A stretch of 64,000 bases of DNA from Nemertoderma westbladi (lineage: Eukaryota; Animalia; Xenacoelomorpha). The notes below the pieces were generated by a model. That model saw nothing but the letters and a program-made list of their open reading frames with translations, was not told where the DNA came from and made no database searches. How positions within the stretch are numbered: the stretch's first letter is position 1; every line of letters begins with the position of its first letter. The position numbers and the translations under genes are program-made. Below are positions 12,040 through 22,761 of this stretch, in pieces. Location of the stretch: the NCBI GenBank assembly GCA_032718475.1, contig JAUCBJ010002639.1:18069-82068 (forward strand), given 5' to 3'.

Positions 12040-13104
12040 ATGGCCTTAACGCAAAAAACCGGAGCAACAAATAGCGGGAAATTTACTTACAATAAATATA
12101 CTTGTACCGTCATTCACAGCCAGTATTTTATTGTGGAATCTCAGGAGGACAACGAATCAATTTGTTTTTCCCATCAAGATACCCGCTATTTGTTAGACAT
12201 TCTAGAAACAACCAACAACAACCAACATCAATCCAGACCAGCAATTATACCAGGTAGGATATATCCAACTCTTCGTTTTGCGCGGGGAAATTTGAATATT
12301 TCCATCAACCCCACATCGGGTGATGTTTACGTTCAGAAACAAGGCAAATGTAAAGTTCTTAACAAAGCTTTTACTGAAGTTCTAATTCAATACAGAGGGA
12401 AATTATTGCAATTTCTCTCTCCACCGCTAGAGATTATTAGCGATCAATTCTACATTGAATTATCAAATCCAGATTTTATTGGATTTGTAACAGCTTTTAA
12501 AGGAACCAACTATGTTGGCTTATGGAAAATCAGCCTCAGATACGCTGATAGTGTTGGTTTTAACTATTATACAGGTTTCAATTTGTCAAAACAGGAACTA
12601 ACTGTTTTGTTGCGAGAGTGGGACAACCAAGTCGATGAAACAGACAAGCATCTTTTTGATAAAAATATCATTCAATTATCAGACCGTCTCAAAATGATTA
12701 AAACCAATAATAAAAAAATTATTATCACCAACACTGATAATTCTACTGAAGTAGGAGCCGGCGGAAATTCTATCGAGTTGCATTACTTGAATGATAAAGC
12801 CCATATTAGTTTTCTCAAAGAATCGCTGGATGGCGTCTCTCTTACTGAAGCCCATGTTGACGGTTTTGTCCTTTTGGATAAAACTAAAGCTTTCGTAGAG
12901 ATCCCATCACCTAATCCGGATGTTGAAGAGAGTTGCTCTCAACCGCAACAGATCTTTCCTGAAATATTACCTCGGAAGCCAAGATCATCGAGTAAATTTA
13001 CCAACACATCACCTGCAAAGAAACAGAAAGTTGTCAGTAACCCAGCTCTAGTAGAGTCTGTTACTAATTCTCCATGGAAACCTGATTATTATCCTAATAT
13101 GTAA
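12040..13104 (+). CDS. Maverick ORF with a PC4/Sub1-like ssDNA-binding motif
   Basis: 354-aa ORF; 'VTAFKGTNYVGLWKI...TGFNLSKQELTVL' resembles PC4 'VxxFKGKxxIDIR...KGISLxxEQWxxL'; basic NLS-like 'PAKKQKV' near the C-terminus. Confidence 0.6.
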   Translation: MALTQKTGATNSGKFTYNKYTCTVIHSQYFIVESQEDNESICFSHQDTRYLLDILETTNNNQHQSRPAIIPGRIYPTLRFARGNLNISINPTSGDVYVQKQGKCKVLNKAFTEVLIQYRGKLLQFLSPPLEIISDQFYIELSNPDFIGFVTAFKGTNYVGLWKISLRYADSVGFNYYTGFNLSKQELTVLLREWDNQVDETDKHLFDKNIIQLSDRLKMIKTNNKKIIITNTDNSTEVGAGGNSIELHYLNDKAHISFLKESLDGVSLTEAHVDGFVLLDKTKAFVEIPSPNPDVEESCSQPQQIFPEILPRKPRSSSKFTNTSPAKKQKVVSNPALVESVTNSPWKPDYYPNM

Positions 13105-13298
13105 ACCTAATCATAAGTTAAACTCTTTGTGGTTTCTAATAGTCATAAGCGATTGGTGATTGGTTTAAAATTATTTCCCTCACTAGCATATAAATGTTTA
13201 GATATAGTCAATAACATTTCATTTCATTTCATTTTAATCTTTGGATATATTTTATTATTATTATTATTATTTATCTAAACAAACTAACAAACTTCAAC

Positions 13299-16200
13299 AT
13301 GGATAAAATAACAATATGTTGTCCATTCTGTCATATGAATGTAACTAAACATAATTACTTACGCCACCTACGGTCACATTTTGAAAGTTATTCTTGTTTT
13401 AAGTGTCATGTTGTGACATCATGCAGCGAAATTTGTAAACGACATGAATCGACTACTGGTTGTAAAGAAATGGAGTTCCGCACCTATCAATTGACTTGTA
13501 CTACCTGTAATAAAGAGTATACATATGAGAATTATATACGACACGACTGTCACTTGAAATGTTACTACACAAGAAAGCGTAAATTTTCGCAACATAAAAA
13601 TATAATATCCAGAAAAAACTTAAGGGTGGCTCTTGGTACATGCGCAACAATTTTTACGCGGGAACAAGAAGCTCACAATAATCGTCTTGAAATTTATGTC
13701 CACGACCTCCCAACTTCTAGAGATTATCCTGATGTAGAAACAGCATTAACACAAATTCGAGGTAATATTCTTCAGTTAATATTAGACAGATTGAAAGAAA
13801 TGAATGTTCTTAGACTGTGGTTAGGTCTAAATGTATTAATGTACAGGTCACATTTTTCAGAAGGTGAGCAATTGGAAACCTTTTATTTTAATTCTTCCGG
13901 TGGTGCTATTAATACTGTAGATTCGCCGCAAAGTTTTGACACATGGTTTGAGTATGTGCTGGGAAATATATTACAAAAAATAGCCATCTTTAACACACGT
14001 GGTTCGGGATGGCGTATTAAATCTTTATTAAGGGTTGAAATTAAATTAGCTGAATCTAAGTGTAAGTCGTTACTATATAAGGGGCATGGATATATGGAAT
14101 TACCTAAGGCTCTATCAGGTAAACAGTGTGTTATAAATGTACAATCGGCTGATAATGACTGTTTTAAATGGGCAATTATATCCGCAAAATTTGGTAGCAA
14201 AGTGAAAAGCAATAAAAACCGTACTTCATTGTACAAAAATTATATGAGTCATTTCATTTTTGACAACGGGAACAAAGATTATCCAACAGAGTGGCTGTTA
14301 GCGATTAAACTTTTTGAAAAACAAAATTCAAAATATATAATTAATTTACTATGTTGGAATAACGACAACAAACGCGCCCCCGTATCTATATTAAGACAAC
14401 CACCGTTTAGTAAAATTACACCCGATAAAGAGTTATTAAATATATTACTTGTAGTAAAAAATAACAATGTACCTAAACCGAATCATTATGTTTGCATAAC
14501 TAACTTGAATCGATTGCTGAATACGAGAGCTCTTCATATCGGGAATAGGAAATATTGTGAAAGGTGTTTGGCTCATTTTTTTCAATCGGAAGTTCTCCAA
14601 CGACACCGTCTTGCATGCTACCAAGGAAGAAGTCAACGAGAGAAACTACCTAATAAAAAAAGAACACACATTAGTTTTACAAATTTAGATAGAACCTTAT
14701 CCCCATTGTTTGTCACCTACTTTGATATAGAATGTATCTTACAACCTTCAGTTAATAATCAATTTATACAGGAGCATATACCGTGTGCTGCGAGTTATTT
14801 AATTGTTCCCAATACTGAATTAATTAACCCCCCAAAATGTCATTTGAAAAAATTCGTAAAGTCAAATAATAATAATAATTGTATTCAAGATTTCTTAGAT
14901 TCATTATATTTTGATTTAACTGAATTATGTTGTTGGTCAGACATATACACTCATAAAACTATGTCATTTACTAATATTGATTTTGTAAATTTTGAACAGG
15001 CAAAATTTTGTTTCTATTGTAATGTTACTTTAAATAATAATGTTGGGAAAAACAGACATCATTCACATATTACAGGTAAATATATTGCAGCAGCCTGTAA
15101 TAGTTGTAACCGAAGTTTATCATTGAAACGATACCTGTATGTACTTTGCGGGCACAATTCCAGTAATTACGATATACATTGTATATTACAAACCGGATTT
15201 AGAGATAAGAAATACTCCGATTGGGATATAAAGGTTATACCGAGAAATACAGAACGATATATTTCACTGAGTGCGTTTATCCCCATTAAAAACACTTCTA
15301 AAAAAATTGAGTTACGTTTCTTAGACACATATCAATTTTTAAGCTTTTCCCTAAGTAATTTAGTTGAGTGTTCAACAAAGGATGTAGCGAGTCATGATAT
15401 AAGCTCAATTTTACCTATTACTCTACAAGAAATGAAATATTTTTATCCAAACTTGAATAACTCAACAATTAAACGGAAAGGAGTATTTCCATACGAGTAC
15501 TTGACAGATATTAATAAATTTAATGATACTGGTTTGCCATCTATAAATAATTTTTTTAGTAACTTAACACAAAAAACATGTACAATTGAAGATTATAGGT
15601 TTGCAGGATTATCATGGGTAGAATTCGACTGTGTGAATCTCAAAGTTTATCTTTTAGCCTATTTAAAACTCGATGTTTGTTTGCTTGCTGATATATTTGA
15701 GAATTTTAGGAATGTTTGTAAACAAAATTACGATTTAGAAGTGGTTTTTTACTGTAGTATTGCGTCATTTACCTATGATTGCGCGCTAAAATATAATAAA
15801 TGTAAAATAGAATTAATAAAGGATTATCAAACATATAGAGATTTTGAAAAATCAATTAGGGGTGGTGTTTCATTTTGTCGAAAGCATTATATAGAATCAA
15901 ATATACCTGGAACAAGTACATATGATTCTACTAAGGAAGAATGCCATATTTTTAATATTGATTTCAACTCTTTATATTCTGGGAATTTAAGTAAAAAACT
16001 ACCCACCTCGCAATTCAAAGAAGTAAGTATTAAACATTTAGAGAATGCAATTCCAGAAAAACTAATCGAGTATTTGGTAGATTTAGACATTGATGGATCT
16101 ACTGGATATTTTTTAATATGTGATTTAAATTATCCCAAGGCTATTCACGATCAAACATTACAATTACCGTTAGCCCCTGAGCATTTAAGTATAAATGAAA

Positions 16201-17360
16201 CAATGCTTTCGCCCTATATGCGGGAACAATTTAATAATTTATCGATACAAAGAGGTACCTCCCGTAAATATAGGATGTCTACACCAAAACTCTTGCTGAC
16301 GCAATTTGATAAAGAGTTTTATCATTTACATTTAAAACTGTTAAAATTTTATATAAAACATGGATTAATTGTTACTAAGCTCCATAAATTATATTCTTTT
16401 CAACAAGAATTTGTATTTAAAAATTACATAGATTTTAATATTAATCAAAGGCGCCTAGCAAAAAGTTACATTGAAACTGCTGTCGCGAAATTGCTCAATA
16501 ATTCACTGTTTGGCAAATCAATAGAAAAGATAAGAGATCGATGTAACTTTCGTATCGCAAATAGCAACGATAAATGCGATCAATTGGTAAATCGTATTAA
16601 TCATAAACAATTTATAATATACAATAATACATTATCGGGACATTTATTAGTGAAAGACTCTGTAACTCTCGATAAGCCTATATTTATTGGTAGCGCTGTG
16701 TTGGACTTGGCTAAATTGGATATGTATGAGCTGTTTTACAATAAATTGCTACCTATTGAGAAAGAATTAAACTGTCGTATTGAAATTGCCGCATCAGACA
16801 CTGATTCTTTGATAGGTTGTTATTATAATACATCGCAGAATAATTTTTTAAAAGCATTAATTAAAAATAACATTTTAGATACTTCCAATTACCCTAAGGA
16901 TCACCCTCTCTACAGCGATAAAAATAAATCCCAACTCTATTACTGTAAAGACGAACTAGCCTCACGTGAAATTAAACAAGCAGTATTTTTAAGACCAAAA
17001 TTATATTCAATTTTGGAATGGAATAACAAAAATATTCGTAGAGCAAAAGGTATTACAAGAGCTGTTGTGGAAACGAATATTACATATGAAGAATATTTAA
17101 AAGCCTATAACTCAAATGAAGAAATAAAAAAAAACATACACAGATTTCAATCTAAATTACATCGTATTTATACCTTAAAGCAAAATAAATTTGCACTCAG
17201 TAGCTTTGACGATAAACTTTATTGGGTTAATAAAAATCATTCGCTTCCTTGGGGGCACTATAAAACAAACCTCAAAAAACCTATAAAAATATCAAATATA
17301 CCAATTTATGAAGAACCAAAAGACGATGGTATTGATGATGAATTATCAAATAGTAAATAA
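13299..17360 (+). CDS. Protein-primed family B DNA polymerase (pPolB) with N-terminal Zn fingers, vOTU-like and EndoVII-like modules
   Basis: ExoI 'FDIEC', ExoII 'HNSSNYD', ExoIII 'YLKLDV', PolA 'DFNSLY', PolB 'KLLNNSLFGK', PolC 'SDTDS', 'RPKLY', 'AKGI'; also 'GSGW', 'DNDCFKWA...HY' and 'CFYC...HHSHITGKYIAAACNSCN'. Confidence 0.97.
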   Translation: MDKITICCPFCHMNVTKHNYLRHLRSHFESYSCFKCHVVTSCSEICKRHESTTGCKEMEFRTYQLTCTTCNKEYTYENYIRHDCHLKCYYTRKRKFSQHKNIISRKNLRVALGTCATIFTREQEAHNNRLEIYVHDLPTSRDYPDVETALTQIRGNILQLILDRLKEMNVLRLWLGLNVLMYRSHFSEGEQLETFYFNSSGGAINTVDSPQSFDTWFEYVLGNILQKIAIFNTRGSGWRIKSLLRVEIKLAESKCKSLLYKGHGYMELPKALSGKQCVINVQSADNDCFKWAIISAKFGSKVKSNKNRTSLYKNYMSHFIFDNGNKDYPTEWLLAIKLFEKQNSKYIINLLCWNNDNKRAPVSILRQPPFSKITPDKELLNILLVVKNNNVPKPNHYVCITNLNRLLNTRALHIGNRKYCERCLAHFFQSEVLQRHRLACYQGRSQREKLPNKKRTHISFTNLDRTLSPLFVTYFDIECILQPSVNNQFIQEHIPCAASYLIVPNTELINPPKCHLKKFVKSNNNNNCIQDFLDSLYFDLTELCCWSDIYTHKTMSFTNIDFVNFEQAKFCFYCNVTLNNNVGKNRHHSHITGKYIAAACNSCNRSLSLKRYLYVLCGHNSSNYDIHCILQTGFRDKKYSDWDIKVIPRNTERYISLSAFIPIKNTSKKIELRFLDTYQFLSFSLSNLVECSTKDVASHDISSILPITLQEMKYFYPNLNNSTIKRKGVFPYEYLTDINKFNDTGLPSINNFFSNLTQKTCTIEDYRFAGLSWVEFDCVNLKVYLLAYLKLDVCLLADIFENFRNVCKQNYDLEVVFYCSIASFTYDCALKYNKCKIELIKDYQTYRDFEKSIRGGVSFCRKHYIESNIPGTSTYDSTKEECHIFNIDFNSLYSGNLSKKLPTSQFKEVSIKHLENAIPEKLIEYLVDLDIDGSTGYFLICDLNYPKAIHDQTLQLPLAPEHLSINETMLSPYMREQFNNLSIQRGTSRKYRMSTPKLLLTQFDKEFYHLHLKLLKFYIKHGLIVTKLHKLYSFQQEFVFKNYIDFNINQRRLAKSYIETAVAKLLNNSLFGKSIEKIRDRCNFRIANSNDKCDQLVNRINHKQFIIYNNTLSGHLLVKDSVTLDKPIFIGSAVLDLAKLDMYELFYNKLLPIEKELNCRIEIAASDTDSLIGCYYNTSQNNFLKALIKNNILDTSNYPKDHPLYSDKNKSQLYYCKDELASREIKQAVFLRPKLYSILEWNNKNIRRAKGITRAVVETNITYEEYLKAYNSNEEIKKNIHRFQSKLHRIYTLKQNKFALSSFDDKLYWVNKNHSLPWGHYKTNLKKPIKISNIPIYEEPKDDGIDDELSNSK

Positions 17361-17886
17361 AAATATAAGTTGTCGGCAAGTGTTAGCGATTAAGTTTAAA
17401 GAATTAAAAAATCAATTATCTGGTAAACACATACTCAAACCAAATCAGTTTATATATAAGATATTTGGTGCCACATTATTAATATTTAAAAATGGTCGTA
17501 TTACATTATTAGGCAGTAAGTATAATTTCCAAAAAGTAAAAAAACATATATTTGAGAAAACTAGTATTAATTTGATTTTAAAATCTGTTAATTTATGTAC
17601 TTATATTTTTAGTATTAAGTCTGTAGTCTATAGGTTATTGATAAACAATACAGGGTTTTATGTTGTCTTTGATAATGTGCAACTTCAAGTTATATATGAA
17701 CCTGAAATATTCAATAACTGTAAAGTCAGAATAAATAATAATGTTGTTGTTTGCTGCTTCTACACCGGTAAATGTACATTAATGTGTTCCCCGTTTAAAT
17801 TTCATATATATTACCCTATATTCAACAAACTGGTTAATAATTTATTATTGTTTGGTGCGAGGGTTTTTGTTGTAAAATATAATTAG
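17308..17886 (+). CDS. TATA-binding-protein (TBP)-like protein encoded by the Maverick
   Basis: Two TBP-like repeats: 'QIVN...ATLLIFKNGRITLLGSK' (cf. TALIFSSGKMVCTGAK) and 'YEPEIF...VVCCFYTGKCTL' (cf. YEPELF...VLLIFVSGKVVL); size of a bare TBP core; overlaps the pPolB 3' end. Confidence 0.8.
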   Translation: MKNQKTMVLMMNYQIVNKNISCRQVLAIKFKELKNQLSGKHILKPNQFIYKIFGATLLIFKNGRITLLGSKYNFQKVKKHIFEKTSINLILKSVNLCTYIFSIKSVVYRLLINNTGFYVVFDNVQLQVIYEPEIFNNCKVRINNNVVVCCFYTGKCTLMCSPFKFHIYYPIFNKLVNNLLLFGARVFVVKYN

Positions 17887-18576
17887 TGTGAGTGAAATTT
17901 ATTGTTGTTGTTGCTGTTTGGTGGTGGAGATTTTTACTAAAATATATATATATATATATATTAAATTGGTTGGAAAAAAATTATGAATATTTTTTTAAAA
18001 TCAACAACTAGTTTGAGAGGAAATTAACTTCGGTAGAGCGATTGTTGCTTGTAACACTCAAGTAGGCATAGTATACTCAGAGGCTGTAGCTAGCTAGCTA
18101 GCTAACTCGGCATTGTTGCTCACGAGTGAGTTACAATAGCGCATCTGTTACTTATGAGTGTGCGAGAGTGCGGTAGGCAACGCTAAGCTCGGTGAGAAAA
18201 GATTAGGGCTATGTGCTGGTATTCATAGTCAAAGACGATGCCCTCCTATCTGTTACTAGTCTGTATACCGGTACATATCATTAAAACATTGGCTATGCAT
18301 CTCCCTACATTCAGAATAGAACAACAACCAGAGCATATATCGCTAATCCGCATGGGAAAGGTTTATGTTATGCATTTTGTTAACTATGAGAATTTTGTAA
18401 TGTACACATCTGCGACCCTCTACAAAAATATATATAAACTCAATTTTTCTGACAGTGAACTATAATTTTGTTAAACAAAAGAAGAAAAAAATATCAGTAG
18501 GCCTACCTATTCAATTTAAAGATACTCTTTCCGGTACCTAGTTACGACGACAACGACAACTTACCTCAATACGAAC

Positions 18577-18999
18577 ATGACATTTGCCTTTTTCAATAAC
18601 CGTGAGTTGACGAGTTGTATCAAAATCGAATTGCAATCAAGCGACGAAACATATCTCGCAGCATCCAATATTGCTGAGATGGAGTTGCGATATATAAACA
18701 AAAAATTTGAGATTGGGTTTACTTCGATGGAATATGGAGTAGGTCAAGTAGGTGGTCTACCTTTATCGCCTACAACGCTTGAAATTTCAAAAGATTTCTC
18801 GCTTGTTATAAAGATACAACCATCGCGAATATCGGGAAGCTCACCCTCTAGCGAAAATTGGGAGAATGATGTTGATGACTCGCTTCACTTCAATATACCA
18901 ACACAAAGACCGGTAGAAGTTAGCCGGCCTATAAACAACCATTTACAGGTACCGGCAATGGAGGAAACTCTACAGAGGGACCCGCATATAGGACTATAA
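18577..18999 (+). CDS. Maverick hypothetical protein (140 aa)
   Basis: ATG-initiated ORF with TATATAAA at ~18431 upstream and AATAAA downstream; no recognisable motif. Confidence 0.55.
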   Translation: MTFAFFNNRELTSCIKIELQSSDETYLAASNIAEMELRYINKKFEIGFTSMEYGVGQVGGLPLSPTTLEISKDFSLVIKIQPSRISGSSPSSENWENDVDDSLHFNIPTQRPVEVSRPINNHLQVPAMEETLQRDPHIGL

Positions 19000-19179
19000 A
19001 AGGTATAGCCTAATACAGTAATAAATTTAGGGTTGTTGTTATTGTTATTGTTATTGTTAGGCCTATCAGTTATTGTTGCTTATAAAACTTAGTAGACCGA
19101 ATCTATTTTATATATAATTAAAAAAAAAGCGAATACATAAATAAATTAACTATGTTTTATATAGTCCCACCGTCAACAT

Positions 19180-19395
19180 AGAGTGAATGTTAGTAACAGA
19201 GAATGGGGTGGATTTTATATAGGCTTAGTTAGGTATACCGAGAGCCACACCTATTGTATCCGTGTGGAGTCATTATATGACTGGTTGAATGATGGCGCTC
19301 AAGAGTGAATGTAGAAAGTTAGTAACAGAGAGTGTGAGGGGGATTTTATAGGACCTATAGCCCTACCGGTACCTAACCACACCTATTGTATCAAT
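19180..19395. repeat. Imperfect tandem duplication (~120-bp period) in the Maverick convergent intergenic region
   Basis: AGAGTGAATGT...TTAGTAACAGAGA...GGATTTTATA...CCACACCTATTGTATC occurs twice. Confidence 0.75.
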
Positions 19396-19838
19396 GAGCT
19401 AGTCAACTTTCAGTTGAGGAGTAGTCCTTAGGCCTATATGCCTAACCGAATGTAAGTGTACCTTACCTATCCACGAGTACTAAAGGTTAACCATAAACCA
19501 TATTTGGTCAACATTCGAAAAAGGGCCCCGCATAAAGTTAACTATAGCTGTATAGGCTTACCTATACGACAGTAGTAGCCCACCCGCCCGCAGTAATGTA
19601 GATTAGACCGATTAGACCAATTAAAGTTGTAAACAGAAAATAAAGTCGGCTAGCTACTGGTAGTTAAACTCTGATACTGGTAGGTGTGGTGTGTTTGTGA
19701 GTGTAAACAGCGATATAAAAAAAAAGATTTTAATGTTTTTATTATTTTTTATTGACATTAAAACAAATATATTATCCCATCACATTACAAGCTTAGAGTA
19801 AACCTACTGTAAGAGTACATCTTCCACCGCTGTTAAAC

Positions 19839-20444
19839 CTACAGTATGAGTACATCTTCCACCACGGTTATTTCTTTCTGTTTATCATCATCATCAGTCG
19901 CAGTTAAACGCTTTCTCATGAAAAAATGTAGCGCCTCATACCCCCCAACGCGTTTTGCTGAGCAGTATCGCAGACAGTTATCCTTTGTGTTTAAGTGGAA
20001 CGCACATTTATTTTCTACTGTAGTGAATCGGTTGTGAAACCGACATGGCGTTAAATAATCGTGATACTGCTTATATATTCCCAATCTCTCCACCGAATTT
20101 GGCGCGAGAACATCGAGTTGGGAAACTAATATTGCCCGCTTCAGCAACCCAAATACATGAATGTTTTTTTTATATTTTAAATGGCTCTTCATATATTTTT
20201 TAAACTCATCTTGGGAAATGTCACCGTAGTCCCAGGGCAAGTGAGAAGTCATATCCCGTAAATTGTTTACGTGGGCTACATCTAAAGCTGATAACTTAAT
20301 ATTAGACGGGCCTTTAATTAAAAACGTCTTTATATTAGTTTTGGTGTAATTAGAATCGAATATAGCAAATTCTTTAAATACTACCGGATACTCTTTATTG
20401 TCTATCTTATAATATTGAAAATCAACAAAAATAATATTATCCAT
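19839..20444 (-). CDS. Maverick accessory protein, DEDD/DnaQ-like nuclease family
   Basis: 'IIFVDFQ...FKEFAI', 'LPWDYGD', 'VFGLLK' and C-terminal 'CAFH...YCS' follow a pattern I recall from Polinton/insect-virus DEDD-like proteins. Confidence 0.6.
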   Translation of the reverse strand: MDNIIFVDFQYYKIDNKEYPVVFKEFAIFDSNYTKTNIKTFLIKGPSNIKLSALDVAHVNNLRDMTSHLPWDYGDISQDEFKKYMKSHLKYKKNIHVFGLLKRAILVSQLDVLAPNSVERLGIYKQYHDYLTPCRFHNRFTTVENKCAFHLNTKDNCLRYCSAKRVGGYEALHFFMRKRLTATDDDDKQKEITVVEDVLIL

Positions 20445-20479
20445 TTTATCTGATAAACAAAAGCAAGCTAAATGATTAA

Positions 20480-20935
20480 TTACAACGCTTGTTGGTTTAT
20501 TTTATAATAATTAACAAGCCATTTATATAATATTATTTCATTTATTTCCACATTATTTGTAAACGCTCTCATTGGATAGATTGTGTGAATACGATTTACC
20601 AAATAATACAGACAGTACACACCGCATGTGGTCCTCCTAGGGTCTTGAAATTGTTTGCGAGTAGTACGCCACCTTGCGGAATTTTTCTCAAGCCATTTTT
20701 CGATGCATCTGTTTGGATATTTTGGTCCAAACGAGTCAAATAATTCAGCCTCATTATCTCGTATATATATTGCGATCCAATGAATCCCAGGCAGATGCTC
20801 TTTATCGGTATTTACTATTAAGCCATAGTCTCTTCGCTTATTATTATTATCTAATTTAGGTAATTTATTAGCTGGAAACGCACCCAAATAGTGACCACCC
20901 ACTGGAAACATATCAAGGTCCTCTGTAGATAACAT
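20480..20935 (-). CDS. Adenain-like (C5) cysteine maturation protease
   Basis: 'IVNTD...PGIHWIA' (His), 'FDSFG' (Asp), 'QFQD...TCGVYC' (Gln/Cys). Confidence 0.96.
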   Translation of the reverse strand: MLSTEDLDMFPVGGHYLGAFPANKLPKLDNNNKRRDYGLIVNTDKEHLPGIHWIAIYIRDNEAELFDSFGPKYPNRCIEKWLEKNSARWRTTRKQFQDPRRTTCGVYCLYYLVNRIHTIYPMRAFTNNVEINEIILYKWLVNYYKINQQAL

Positions 20936-20937
20936 AC

Positions 20938-22197
20938 TTAATCGATATGTATTTCTTTCCTGCTATTTAAACTTAATGATTGATCATAAATATTAAAAAC
21001 GATTACATTTATGGTTTCAACCAACGGTTCAGCAAATCTTAATTTTAATTGGCCATTAGTATATATCGACGGTTGCGGATCTCTAACATAGCCGTCGGCG
21101 GTTAAGTCCCAGGATAGGATGGGGCAATTACCTAAGTAGGTTTCATGGTCTATATTATTACCTCCATAACCGTTAATATATGTATTAATATTCTTCATTA
21201 ATTGAGTATACTCAAAAATATATGTTCCATCTGTAAAATTAGGCTCGTATATTACACCACCTACTGGAAGACTGTCTACAATCAGTTCCGCACGTCTAAG
21301 GTTAAAATGTTCAAATTTCAAGGGAATGCTAATTAATTCTCCCGAATAAGCGTTATTTGTTATGAAGCCAATAATAACTAATTTGGGTTTTTTACCATCA
21401 AATATGTTTGTTTGGGTGTAATTTGTGGTTTGAGCGGGAATAGTAAATGTTGTCACCTCCTTTTTTTGAAATTGATATTCAATATCGTAACTCTCTAAAC
21501 CTTTTAGGTGACTGCTTTCTATTACAGGATTAACCTCCATTCTAGGGATTAGAATCTTTATTTCATCTAATTCTAGTCGAAGATTTGTCACTGCGTTTGC
21601 GTTTGGAGTGATTTTAAAAATAAACGAATTTGATACTTTTCTAAAATGCATTCTTAAATCATACCCGGGTTGTATTATTTTAGTTTCAGTATCAAAATCA
21701 ATCGTCAATCCACTTACAAATTGCATTTGTTTACTAAAGGCATCGTCAATAGGATGCGCGCCGGGATCAATTTCATTTCCGTGCTCAGATAAAGGTTGAT
21801 GAAAGCCACCCGCACCCAGTAGCCCATTTTTATCCTCGTAAGTTGTAAATAATAAATTGGATAAGTACGACTTGTAGAAATAATGGTTATTGCTATTTTC
21901 AACCTGCTTCTCATTAAGGTCTATTTTAATATCACTCCACATAGTTTCAGCGGGGTAATTCAGCATATATATATGGGAGTTTTCAAGTCGTCTATCCCAT
22001 CGTACAGTACATTTTGTAATTAATAACGCATCTTGTAGTTTCGTATAGAATTCATTGGATCTCGGTACAAGGAACGTGACCTCCCTAGATTCACTTCTGA
22101 GATTAGATACGGGGTAAATTGTTTCATAATGCTTTGCTTTAAATTCAGTCTGTATTGGCTGTGTAGAAAATAAATCTAATTCCTTAATAATTGACAT
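20938..22197 (-). CDS. Double jelly-roll major capsid protein (Polinton PY/hexon-like)
   Basis: 419 aa; 'ELDLFSTQPIQT', 'YPVS...FLVP', 'YFYKSYLSNLL', 'PKLVIIGF...AYSG...PLKFEHFNL', 'WDLTAD', 'LKLRFAEPL'; adjacent to PRO. Confidence 0.92.
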   Translation of the reverse strand: MSIIKELDLFSTQPIQTEFKAKHYETIYPVSNLRSESREVTFLVPRSNEFYTKLQDALLITKCTVRWDRRLENSHIYMLNYPAETMWSDIKIDLNEKQVENSNNHYFYKSYLSNLLFTTYEDKNGLLGAGGFHQPLSEHGNEIDPGAHPIDDAFSKQMQFVSGLTIDFDTETKIIQPGYDLRMHFRKVSNSFIFKITPNANAVTNLRLELDEIKILIPRMEVNPVIESSHLKGLESYDIEYQFQKKEVTTFTIPAQTTNYTQTNIFDGKKPKLVIIGFITNNAYSGELISIPLKFEHFNLRRAELIVDSLPVGGVIYEPNFTDGTYIFEYTQLMKNINTYINGYGGNNIDHETYLGNCPILSWDLTADGYVRDPQPSIYTNGQLKLRFAEPLVETINVIVFNIYDQSLSLNSRKEIHID

Positions 22198-22199
22198 TA

Positions 22200-22760
22200 T
22201 TAAAAAATACTTTTTTCGCAGTGTTTCAATTTGCCTTTTATATTTCTCTTTTTACTACGTCGATGATGTATGTTCATAGACATTGGTCTAGTGGGTCGCT
22301 TTAAATCTCTATAAACTTTTTCTACAACTGACCTTGTTGACGGTTTCATTTTATTTAATGCTTTATTAATAACCGTATTAGCCTGCTGATGTAAGACCCG
22401 CTTACCTTTTGGTATTACGTGTTGTCTCATAAATTTTGTGGTAAATGGTAAAGCTTTCTGTAAAACTTTTTTAGCTAATGGCTTACCAAATTTTTTCAAT
22501 GTCGATAAAGCGTCTGTAAATATACCTTCTCCGTGTTGATTTGCCCGCATACCTCTACGATAACGCTGAAAACGACGTTGTTTTAAGTTTGTACCAAATG
22601 TGCCAATTTGTTGACCGTAAGGGTCAATATATGAACCTCCTCGAAAAACAGGAACTTGCGTCGACCCTCTGGTACTTCTTCCACCTTTAAAAACAGCAAG
22701 ATTCGAGTCTGCACCACCATATTGAGGTTTACTGTATCTTTGAAATAAATCAGAATCCAT
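22200..22760 (-). CDS. Basic virion core-like protein with QxGG/QxGxG motifs
   Basis: Arg/Lys-rich; 'QYGG', 'VFKGG', 'VFRGG', 'QHGEG' followed by amphipathic 'IFTDALSTLKKFGKPLAKK'; usual position between penton and MCP. Confidence 0.8.
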   Translation of the reverse strand: MDSDLFQRYSKPQYGGADSNLAVFKGGRSTRGSTQVPVFRGGSYIDPYGQQIGTFGTNLKQRRFQRYRRGMRANQHGEGIFTDALSTLKKFGKPLAKKVLQKALPFTTKFMRQHVIPKGKRVLHQQANTVINKALNKMKPSTRSVVEKVYRDLKRPTRPMSMNIHHRRSKKRNIKGKLKHCEKSIF

Positions 22761-22761
22761 T

